From a virus (Duplodnaviria; Caudoviricetes): 39,079 bases of DNA. The stretch lies in the IMG/VR virus record IMGVR_UViG_3300024254_000255, positions 1-39,079 of that record. The stretch is one strand, 5' to 3'. Positions 1-7,179 of this stretch are shown one piece after another (positions within the stretch are counted from its first letter, which is position 1; every line of letters begins with the position of its first letter). The notes below the pieces were generated by a model. The model was not told the DNA's origin and made no database searches. It saw only the letters and a program-made list of their open reading frames with translations. A program made the translations under genes and the position numbers.

Positions 1-131
1 TAGCCTATGATGCGCCTATTTGGGATGTAACGCATCAATATTACCCCTTTCGCACACCATGGGGTCGGTGGTTCAAATCCTCAAAGACAAGGCTGAGAGG
101 TATGCCTCTGTTACAGGCGCAACAGAATTTA
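1..131. repeat. Terminal direct repeat, copy 1 (circular assembly overlap or terminal redundancy)
   Basis: 1-131 equals 38949-39079 except position 5 (c vs t); 126 bp exact match. Confidence 0.95.
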
Positions 132-259
132 AAATAACTAAATCATGACATTCATCTGATTCAATCATAAAATGTACTTAAAATATTTAAAGCAGAAGTA
201 TATATCAAAATAAATTTAAGTTAAACTATAGTTTAGTAAATAAAAGGACTATTTTTAAA

Positions 260-538
260 ATGAAGATAATGAAAGTTAATGGAATGGTGCGTGATTCTAT
301 TCCTGAGCCACATGAAACAATTGAAGATGATTTTTATTTAGATAGAATTATTCCTGTGCTTAGAGATTATAGTGTTTATAGAAGAAGCCCTGAAGAATGT
401 CCTTTTGGCCGCGGTAACTTAGTCTTGGATATGCATTTAAAAAATGGAGAAATATATGCCATTAAATTTCCATTGAGTATGACTCGTAAACAATTGACTA
501 TTTATTTAAAGCCACTAAGAAAAAGGATTGAAAATTGA
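260..538 (+). CDS. Hypothetical protein, 92 aa
   Basis: ORF with AAGGA RBS; palindrome TAAACTATAGTTTA upstream at 222-235. Confidence 0.7.
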   Translation: MKIMKVNGMVRDSIPEPHETIEDDFYLDRIIPVLRDYSVYRRSPEECPFGRGNLVLDMHLKNGEIYAIKFPLSMTRKQLTIYLKPLRKRIEN

Positions 539-539
539 A

Positions 540-671
540 TTAGTCATATATTTCATAATTTACATCTTTAAGAACTTTCTTAAATTCATCTGGAAGGTCT
601 TCAGTATCTTCCAGAATGTTATTTACTAAATCCATTAATTCATCATGTTCAGTTTTATCATTTATTTCCAT
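540..671 (-). CDS. Small acidic protein, 43 aa (MEINDKTEHDELMDLVNNILEDTEDLPDEFKKVLKDVNYEIYD)
   Basis: Read manually; AAGGA RBS upstream; follows the DUF1003 gene. Confidence 0.6.
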   Translation of the reverse strand: MEINDKTEHDELMDLVNNILEDTEDLPDEFKKVLKDVNYEIYD

Positions 672-683
672 TTACTAATCCTT

Positions 684-1040
684 CTAATAAACGCCTTTAT
701 TTTCTTTCAATAAAATTAATAATTCATCCATCTTAACATGAAGTTCCTTTATCTCAAGCTCGGCCAATACATCCACATTAAAATCACTTTCAGCGCGTAT
801 TCTATCTTTATCTGCCTGGCGATTCTGGCTCATTAGGATAAAAGGTGCCTGGAAAACTGATATACACGACAGAATTAAATTTAACAGAATAAATGGATAG
901 GCATCAAATGAATAGGATATACAATTAAATACTACCCAGCTAATGCAGAAGCACATAAATGACAAAATAAATGTCCAGCTTCCACCAAATTCTGACACTA
1001 TATCAGCAGCTCGTTCTTTCCTTGTTAGATTATCATCCAT
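684..1040 (-). CDS. DUF1003 family membrane protein
   Basis: Motifs GGSWTFI, FDAYPFILLNLILS and QAPFILMSQNRQADKDR are characteristic of DUF1003. Confidence 0.85.
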   Translation of the reverse strand: MDDNLTRKERAADIVSEFGGSWTFILSFMCFCISWVVFNCISYSFDAYPFILLNLILSCISVFQAPFILMSQNRQADKDRIRAESDFNVDVLAELEIKELHVKMDELLILLKENKGVY

Positions 1041-1053
1041 ATTTATTCCTAAT

Positions 1054-1263
1054 TTATCCGTGTATTGCCCATTTTTGTAAACAACCTAAACCACAGAAAT
1101 GCTTATCAGAGTTTATCGGAGGATAAATAAGCATATCCGTTACAGCCCCTTCTGCGCATAGTTTTCTTTCTGATTTAAGCACTAATCTATAATCTATAGA
1201 GTTAGTTGTTAAAGTGAGGTCGCGCTCACAACTATCACAAGTTATATTAGATTTTATTGCCAT
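1054..1263 (-). CDS. Small zinc-finger phage protein
   Basis: CDSC ... HFCGLGC. Confidence 0.7.
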   Translation of the reverse strand: MAIKSNITCDSCERDLTLTTNSIDYRLVLKSERKLCAEGAVTDMLIYPPINSDKHFCGLGCLQKWAIHG

Positions 1264-1288
1264 TCTTTAAGATTCCTAGTTAATATCA

Positions 1289-1510
1289 TTATAAACATAT
1301 GGATCCGTAATCATGGTATTTATCACCACAACTACACATACTTTTGCGCAATGTTGCTCCATCTTCTATAATGTTTTCAAGGTCTATTAAGGCTTGCTTA
1401 TAACCTGAATTGAAACCACATGAGAAGCTTGCAGGTTCCGTATGAACTAGTGTGGGAAGCTTGCTAGCAATCTCAGCGTATTTATTTTTAATCCAATCCT
1501 GAATGAACAT
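1289..1510 (-). CDS. Hypothetical phage protein (probable start MFIQDW at 1510)
   Basis: ORF; AAGGA RBS in a hairpin loop just upstream of 1510. Confidence 0.65.
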   Translation of the reverse strand: MFIQDWIKNKYAEIASKLPTLVHTEPASFSCGFNSGYKQALIDLENIIEDGATLRKSMCSCGDKYHDYGSICL

Positions 1511-1590
1511 AATCAATCCTTGATATGGCACCGATTTGCTACGCTGGCTCGGTGATGGCCTCTATACATCCCTTATCGATGGGTAAGAGA

Positions 1591-1821
1591 CTAAACAATA
1601 ATAGCTCCTAAATTATAAGCCATTATCTTTTGATAACATGGATCACATACTTCCACTATTTCGTCATTCAAGTCGTAATCTAGAAGCATCTTTGCCCTTT
1701 CTTCATGCTCTCTTTGCTGTTTTTCTATTGGAGTAATTCTTTGATACTGTTTATGGCAACTTGCACAGGTAAAGCTATTAGGACATTTCATCAATACACA
1801 TCCCCTATAACAGCTTTGCAT
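1591..1821 (-). CDS. Small zinc-binding protein (likely start MKCPNS)
   Basis: CASC ... CDPC; coupled to the upstream gene. Confidence 0.6.
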   Translation of the reverse strand: MQSCYRGCVLMKCPNSFTCASCHKQYQRITPIEKQQREHEERAKMLLDYDLNDEIVEVCDPCYQKIMAYNLGAIIV

Positions 1822-2018
1822 TTACCACAATAAATACAAATACCTTCATTATCAATAGGATTAGCTCCTATCAGTTTAATTTGATGTTCGCAATAGTTAT
1901 CAATCATGGATTGAAGTTTTTTAATAAGCTCTTCAGGATATTTAAGTGAGTATTTATTTTTATGTAGCTCTGTGAAGAAATATAATTCTTCTAGCTCTTC
2001 TATCGTGAAGTCATTCAT
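1791..2018 (-). CDS. Hypothetical protein with C-terminal Cys cluster
   Basis: ORF in tightly packed operon; YCEH ... CGKC. Confidence 0.65.
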   Translation of the reverse strand: MNDFTIEELEELYFFTELHKNKYSLKYPEELIKKLQSMIDNYCEHQIKLIGANPIDNEGICIYCGKCKAVIGDVY

Positions 2019-2196
2019 TACATTCCTTAATCTTATCTAAACAATATACATAACCTCTAGTAAAAAACCAAAGAGCTATTACACTTAGATCGGTCTCTAC
2101 TTTTTTAATTCCTTCCTCGCATGTTTCTAAAGAACATTGAAATTCACGTGAATCCATTACTAAAGCCATAAGGGCATGTTCTTCTTCATTTGTCAT
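2011..2196 (-). CDS. Hypothetical protein, 61 aa
   Basis: Operon packing with both neighbours. Confidence 0.6.
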   Translation of the reverse strand: MTNEEEHALMALVMDSREFQCSLETCEEGIKKVETDLSVIALWFFTRGYVYCLDKIKECNE

Positions 2197-2198
2197 TT

Positions 2199-2663
2199 TT
2201 AAATAATTTCCTTCCGTATGATATCACTGTCAATTAATTCCAAAACGAATTTCAACTCATTGATTCGGCCAATCATCTGCTGTAGCTCAATACTGTCTAG
2301 CACACCAGGAATGACTCCTTGTTTAGCGCAGTGCTCCATAAATTGCAATCTTGATTCAAGGACTTGGCGAATGCTTAGTCTTTCTTGTTCTGTGGTCTGA
2401 TTAAATCCCCAAAATTTATCCATTTCATTAATAACCTGTTCATTGGATTGTATATTGTAATTATTAGCAACATCATTCCATATCCTTGAGGAATAAGTTC
2501 GTCCTCCAGTGCAATTACAACCATGGTCAAACTCTACTAACTCATGATTGTTATCGAATATCCATGCTGTCATATATCCACATATACTGCACTCATGTGA
2601 ATCCCAATGAGAAATATTATGCTTGATTGCAGCTTGCTTAAATTCTTCGCCAGTGCGTGCCAT
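2199..2663 (-). CDS. Hypothetical protein with N-terminal zinc ribbon
   Basis: CSICG ... GCNC; operon packing. Confidence 0.7.
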   Translation of the reverse strand: MARTGEEFKQAAIKHNISHWDSHECSICGYMTAWIFDNNHELVEFDHGCNCTGGRTYSSRIWNDVANNYNIQSNEQVINEMDKFWGFNQTTEQERLSIRQVLESRLQFMEHCAKQGVIPGVLDSIELQQMIGRINELKFVLELIDSDIIRKEII

Positions 2664-2687
2664 GTAATTTTCCAGAAAATAGGTAGC

Positions 2688-3245
2688 TTAAACCATTTTG
2701 TTGCGCTTACCAATACGATTAAACATTTCAAATAACCATTTATCTTTTTCATCAATCTTCATTTGTGGATTTTTTTCATACCAGGCTATTTGCTGTAAAT
2801 CTTCTTGTGAGAGAAATCCCTTTTCTTTATGTTTTAAAGAAGAAGATGTTTTTATATTCCCAGAAACTGGGCTAATCGGATCTAACTCACCCAGTTTCTG
2901 GGCTAACGTACAATTATTTACCAGTACTTTATTTATACGAATCTGGGCTAACGAGCAAATCTTGATCAGTATACTTCCCTTGATAAATTTAACTCCATTG
3001 GTACAGCCAATTCTTTGAATTAATCTATAGGTTTCTAGGAGGTTTAATGCTTCATCAAGTGAACTTTTAGAATATCCGGTTAGCTCCGATAATGATTTTC
3101 TACTAAATGGAAATGGCTTGTCATTCCGGATAAGGAATCCGAGGAGACGTTGTAAGATAATTTTTTCACGGCGTTTGAGTTTTAATCGCTTGTAGGAAAT
3201 ATCATATACATGTCCATTAAAAGACTTTGAATTTTTACTAGACAC
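2688..3245 (-). CDS. Winged-HTH replication-initiator-like protein (second Rep candidate)
   Basis: FPFSRKSLSELTGYSKSSLDEALNLLETYRLIQR HTH typical of phage/plasmid initiators; internal CTGGGCTAA repeats; GTG start with AAGGA RBS. Confidence 0.65.
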   Translation of the reverse strand: MSSKNSKSFNGHVYDISYKRLKLKRREKIILQRLLGFLIRNDKPFPFSRKSLSELTGYSKSSLDEALNLLETYRLIQRIGCTNGVKFIKGSILIKICSLAQIRINKVLVNNCTLAQKLGELDPISPVSGNIKTSSSLKHKEKGFLSQEDLQQIAWYEKNPQMKIDEKDKWLFEMFNRIGKRNKMV

Positions 3246-3260
3246 GATATATAATCCTTC

Positions 3261-3324
3261 TGTTATTAGCGTAACACATAGCCAGCAAATAGAGTTAGTC
3301 GCTCTAGCTGGCTTTTCTTTTTTT
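3261..3324 (+). ncRNA. Putative antisense RNA to the leader of the 2688-3245 gene
   Basis: TTGAAT-17-TATAAT (3227-3255), hairpin 3261-3276, terminator hairpin 3280-3313 and T tract to 3324. Confidence 0.55.
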
Positions 3325-3701
3325 CCTATATTAATTCAACTTATATTCTTAATCTATCTTTGTTTGCTGCCCTATTTATTATCTTGAACAGAATGTTTAA
3401 AAAAAATATTGGATCACTAAGTTTTAAAATTTTAAATTTTTTTTGAAATTTTTTGGGGATTTTTTTTTATTATTTTTGGGGAATTATTTTGCTGATATTT
3501 ATAAGGGATATTTTTATTTAATTTTTTTTGGATAAAATTTATTCATTTGTTTTTAAAATTGATTTATTTTGTGATTGGGAGGGGCTCCAGCAATCGCGAA
3601 GGGGGTCGTTTGCCTGGGGTGTACCCCCTATGAAGTCTATGGCATACCTGGCTACCAGGGCACCATACCAGGCCAGCATTGGATCTTATGCGTTTACGCA
3701 T

Positions 3702-3820
3702 AGTGCAACCAAAGTATACTTTGACTGACTCATATGATTTACATATTAACCTTCATATAAATAATTAAATTAAATAACTTTGATTGACAATGTAAACCAA
3801 AGTTATTATATTGTTTACTG
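3702..3820. promoter_or_regulatory. Putative res site and overlapping sigma70 promoter of the resolvase
   Basis: Palindrome CAAAGTATACTTTG (3710-3723); inverted AATAACTTTG/CAAAGTTATT (3773-3782/3798-3807); TTGACA-17-TATATT (3784-3812). Confidence 0.65.
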
Positions 3821-3843
3821 TTTAACTTAATAAGGGCAATCAA

Positions 3844-4401
3844 ATGAACATAGGATATATAAGAGTATCAACCAAAGAACAAAGCACAGCGCGTCAGCTT
3901 GATGGCATTAAGCTTGACTTAATATATGAAGAGAAGATAAGTGGTGTAATTAAAGAACGCCCCAAGCTACAAGAATGCCTCATAGCGTTGCGGAAAGGGG
4001 ATACGTTACACGTACATAGCATGTGTAGACTTGCGCGTAATCTCAAGCATTTACAAGAGATTGTGGAAGAATTAATAAGCCGTGGCGTAGATATTCAGTT
4101 CCACAAAGAAGGATTAATATTTAAGGGTGACTCAACTAATGCATTCTCTATGCTTATACTTCATTTACTTGGAGCAGTAGCACAGTTTGAAAGAACTAAC
4201 TTAAAGGAACGTCAAGCGGAAGGAATAACTCAAGCTAAACTCAAGGGAACTAAAACAGGCAAACCATTCGGTCAAGTTCCCTTAGACATGAGTAAGGCTA
4301 GCATAGCCAAAGACTTACATATCAATGGAATGAGTAAAAGTGCCATTGCAAAACATATGAATCTATCAAGACCAAGTGTATTAAAACTAATCAACAGCTG
4401 A
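3844..4401 (+). CDS. Small serine recombinase (resolvase/invertase family)
   Basis: IGYIRVST catalytic Ser, EEKISG, RPKL, GDTL, RLAR, AVAQFER, C-terminal HTH. Confidence 0.95.
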   Translation: MNIGYIRVSTKEQSTARQLDGIKLDLIYEEKISGVIKERPKLQECLIALRKGDTLHVHSMCRLARNLKHLQEIVEELISRGVDIQFHKEGLIFKGDSTNAFSMLILHLLGAVAQFERTNLKERQAEGITQAKLKGTKTGKPFGQVPLDMSKASIAKDLHINGMSKSAIAKHMNLSRPSVLKLINS

Positions 4402-4461
4402 GGTAAACGAAAGATACTAATTAAATATCCATACAAAGCCTCAAATAGCCTTTACAACACA

Positions 4462-4827
4462 TCAATAGTCTCTCTTATACTTCTCCTCAAGGTCAATAAT
4501 ACTGGCCTTGATATCTTTTAAGTCATCACTATTAACAGTCTCTACAATCTGCTTTTCAACCCAACCATATTTTGCACCCTTAGTCTTCATATATAGTGAC
4601 TGAGATTTCTCATTCCCATTAAGAGCTTGCATAACAACAGTCTTAGAAACACGTTCAATAGCTTCAGGTTCAGCGCATGTGAGCTCAAATTCATAATGTT
4701 TCTTAAGTGTAGCTTCATCAATACCAATAACCTTTGCAATCATATATTGAGGAATACCAGCAATAGCTAAATCGCTAACACGCTGTTTCAATTTAAAAGA
4801 CGGTTCGTGTGGATTATGTACAGCCAT
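4462..4827 (-). CDS. Putative terminase small subunit (N-terminal HTH)
   Basis: GIPQYMIAKVIGIDEATLKKHY-EL HTH and LYMKTKG--GWVE pattern of TerS-like proteins. Confidence 0.65.
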   Translation of the reverse strand: MAVHNPHEPSFKLKQRVSDLAIAGIPQYMIAKVIGIDEATLKKHYEFELTCAEPEAIERVSKTVVMQALNGNEKSQSLYMKTKGAKYGWVEKQIVETVNSDDLKDIKASIIDLEEKYKRDY

Positions 4828-4839
4828 GATTACATTTCC

Positions 4840-5115
4840 TTATGCAGTTTTACGTTTATACAAAGCACGTTTAAGTTCGATTTTTTTAGCTTTAGCTGAA
4901 TCAGATAATTCCAAATTAGAAACTGGAAGAGCAGATTCAACCGCTTCAATAATCTCATCCACATTAACATTTGGTTCATTAACAATTGGCTTAACCACAT
5001 CACATTCTTTTATTTTACCAGTACCATCACAGGCATTACATTCACCAATAATGTTACCCAGTTTAGGAACTTTTTTAGCTCCATTACAGCATGGACACCT
5101 TACTAACTCTGACAT
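4840..5115 (-). CDS. DnaJ-type zinc-finger small protein
   Basis: CPCCNGAK ... CNACDGTG (CxxCxGxG-like repeats). Confidence 0.7.
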   Translation of the reverse strand: MSELVRCPCCNGAKKVPKLGNIIGECNACDGTGKIKECDVVKPIVNEPNVNVDEIIEAVESALPVSNLELSDSAKAKKIELKRALYKRKTA

Positions 5116-5211
5116 ATTAATCCTTTAATTATCAAAACTGTTTAAACTATACCCTAAAACTCAATAAATTAAAATAAATCAAAAACAAGTAAAAATAAAT
5201 GAAAATAAGCA

Positions 5212-5240
5212 TTGACTAGTAAACTATGCTTTATTATAAT
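5212..5240 (+). promoter_or_regulatory. Strong sigma70 early promoter with A-rich UP region
   Basis: TTGACT-17-TATAAT; A tracts at 5161-5210. Confidence 0.8.
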
Positions 5241-5273
5241 CACCACATATTAACCAACATGAGGACAATCAAA

Positions 5274-5645
5274 ATGAGCAGAAGCAGTGAAAGAGAGTTA
5301 ATCGAGAACTTAGAATCAACAATCAAAGAGCGAATCACTTGGAACAAAGAAAATGGGCATTATGACGGCTTTGACCGTGACCAAGTGCTGGAAGACTTAG
5401 AAGACGTGCGTTTGGAGATAATTGACGGTGAATTACCGATTTATTATCACGATATGGCAAAGCTACTCGCTGAAAATACAAGATTCGCGGATGTTGACGA
5501 CACGGGCATTTTACCAGAAAACCCCACTGCATGGGATATCATTACAGCGTCAGTGATGGAATGGTTAATCGGTGAATTTTTCGAATTAGCTTGTGATGCA
5601 GTAGACGAGTTAATGCCAGAATTGAGTGAGGAGTACGCAGAATGA
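5274..5645 (+). CDS. ocr: Ocr-like DNA-mimic antirestriction protein
   Basis: Very acidic 123 aa; IDGELPIYYHD...DDTGILP...IITASVMEWL aligns by eye with T7 gp0.3 ADNAVPHYYAD...EDSGLMP...ILQARIYEQL. Confidence 0.75.
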   Translation: MSRSSERELIENLESTIKERITWNKENGHYDGFDRDQVLEDLEDVRLEIIDGELPIYYHDMAKLLAENTRFADVDDTGILPENPTAWDIITASVMEWLIGEFFELACDAVDELMPELSEEYAE

Positions 5646-5851
5646 GCGATTTTGAATTTAAAGAATCAAAGCCTATACGAAACTTAAGGGTAGGCGATTG
5701 CATCAGCGTTTCAGGTTATTCGAAAGATGCAGCCGAGATTGAGGAAATACGTCCTATTTCAACCTGTCTGATGGTTACATTATCGAATGGTGACGCAAAA
5801 CTATTTAACTCAACCGATTTTGATAAGCTTATACGCTGCTATAAGATTTAA
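5642..5851 (+). CDS. Hypothetical early protein (possible SH3/KOW-like beta fold)
   Basis: ATGA overlap with ocr; GAGGAG RBS. Confidence 0.7.
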   Translation: MSDFEFKESKPIRNLRVGDCISVSGYSKDAAEIEEIRPISTCLMVTLSNGDAKLFNSTDFDKLIRCYKI

Positions 5852-5860
5852 GGGGATACA

Positions 5861-6058
5861 ATGAAGAATGAACTAGAATGGCGCACAATTTATTATCACG
5901 AAGAATTAGACATAGACGGGAGTTTAATTCATGTTGAATGGGTCGAAGAGGCCAGCTATAAGCACGGGCTACTGATTCGAAGCATATTCGATCAGACCTA
6001 TAAGGAGCACATGCTACAAGTGAGGAATGAATCAATAACATTCGTTCCAAGCATTTAA
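5861..6058 (+). CDS. Hypothetical early protein
   Basis: AGGGGA RBS; operon position. Confidence 0.65.
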   Translation: MKNELEWRTIYYHEELDIDGSLIHVEWVEEASYKHGLLIRSIFDQTYKEHMLQVRNESITFVPSI

Positions 6059-6082
6059 CATTAACAAAAATAGGACAATCAA

Positions 6083-6238
6083 ATGCATAACAAACTAATA
6101 TTTAAAATTCTAGATAAACAAGCAACAGAAGTTGTTCAAATAGCAATGCTTTTAAGCGAAAACAAAGAAGAGGCAGAAGATTTAATTCATGAAATATTAG
6201 ATGAAGCCCTTCGACAACTATGGAGACTTAAAGATTGA
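6083..6238 (+). CDS. Hypothetical protein, 51 aa (MHNKLIFKILDKQATEVVQ...)
   Basis: Read manually; AGGACAATCAA leader shared with ocr. Confidence 0.65.
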   Translation: MHNKLIFKILDKQATEVVQIAMLLSENKEEAEDLIHEILDEALRQLWRLKD

Positions 6239-6432
6239 AAACATATACTCAAAGTGAATTAGAAATAGAACTTTTAAAACAAAAAAATGAAGAAATCTAT
6301 AGAACTTTTGGACTCATTTACAAGGTATTAGACAATTTAGAGCGTAATCAATATTGGCTCTTAGGTTTAATGGGAACTGGATTCTTAGGGCTATTAGGAA
6401 TAATGGCTCATGGATTTAAGTGGATTATTTAA
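6235..6432 (+). CDS. Coiled-coil protein with C-terminal TM helix (XhlA-like topology)
   Basis: Heptad N-terminus then WLLGLMGTGFLGLLGIMAHGFKW. Confidence 0.65.
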   Translation: MKTYTQSELEIELLKQKNEEIYRTFGLIYKVLDNLERNQYWLLGLMGTGFLGLLGIMAHGFKWII

Positions 6433-6449
6433 ATAAAAATAAGGAAATC

Positions 6450-6728
6450 ATGAACAACAATGAAAGCTATCAAGAAAACAAAAGTTTTTTCTTAAATTTC
6501 ATGTTAGCAGCTTTAGATAGTGAAGATGAAGTAAGCATTTGTGTATTAGCTACTTTAGTTCAATTCATTAAAATATTAAGAGGTAAAATTACCGCTATTG
6601 CTAATAAAAATGATGGTCATATAGATACAATTCAGGTTATCGATTCTGAAATTGAAGCGTTGAGAAGTTGTATTTTAGATTTAAATAATTGTAAAGAATT
6701 TATAATCAAGGGAGTAAAAAAGCAATGA
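6450..6728 (+). CDS. Hypothetical helical protein
   Basis: AAGGA RBS before ATG 6450. Confidence 0.65.
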   Translation: MNNNESYQENKSFFLNFMLAALDSEDEVSICVLATLVQFIKILRGKITAIANKNDGHIDTIQVIDSEIEALRSCILDLNNCKEFIIKGVKKQ

Positions 6729-7009
6729 ATCTTACCCATGGACAGTCTAAAATTTTAAATGCATGTGAATTTAATATAATTTCTTTACAGAATTTAAAAA
6801 AAGGATTGATTGAATGTACCAAAGAAAATCATCAAGGGAGCTGGGCTATTGCTGGAGTAATTATTAGTTTAAGTGCCCAATTAATGGCAGTTATGAATGA
6901 AGTAATACTTAAATCTAATTTGAGTTCAAACCCTAATGCCAGAGATGATTTAAGAGAAATTCAATTAAAATTTAACGAATTTATTGAAGATATGATTAAC
7001 CATGAATAA
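6725..7009 (+). CDS. Hypothetical helical protein
   Basis: ATGA overlap; GGGAG RBS. Confidence 0.65.
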   Translation: MNLTHGQSKILNACEFNIISLQNLKKGLIECTKENHQGSWAIAGVIISLSAQLMAVMNEVILKSNLSSNPNARDDLREIQLKFNEFIEDMINHE

Positions 7010-7057
7010 ATGCCTAAAAATACTTATTAGAAAATAACCGCCAAATTCTTCGTTTAA

Positions 7058-7079
7058 AGGGGTATAAAATTTTACCCCT
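7058..7079. terminator. Hairpin between convergent operons
   Basis: AGGGGTA-N8-TACCCCT. Confidence 0.45.
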
Positions 7080-7142
7080 AGTCAACATATACATTTTATA
7101 TTATCTCTTAACCTGAATTAATTTTGATGCCTTAAATTTGAT

Positions 7143-7177
7143 TTATCCACATAATCTGTGGGTATGTTTGTGCATAA
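7143..7177. promoter_or_regulatory. DnaA-box cluster
   Basis: TTATCCACA (7143-7151, +), ATACCCACA (7157-7165, -), TTATGCACA (7169-7177, -). Confidence 0.6.
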
Positions 7178-7179
7178 GG

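Noticed and set aside
1-131. Terminal repeat as proven physical ends or attL/attR
   Set aside because: A 126-bp exact overlap is what circular assembly commonly produces; no integrase or host flank is present, so reads are needed to decide
3601-3630. GGGGTCGTTTGC as a Tn3-family terminal inverted repeat for the resolvase
   Set aside because: No inverted partner and no Tn3 transposase found
3528-3728. 66-aa plus-strand ORF
   Set aside because: TTG start inside the T-tract region, no RBS, overlaps structured regulatory DNA
5642-5851. Phage-encoded CsrA homologue (RVGD-I motif)
   Set aside because: Lacks MLILTR, GNQVRIGI-AP and the HREE motif
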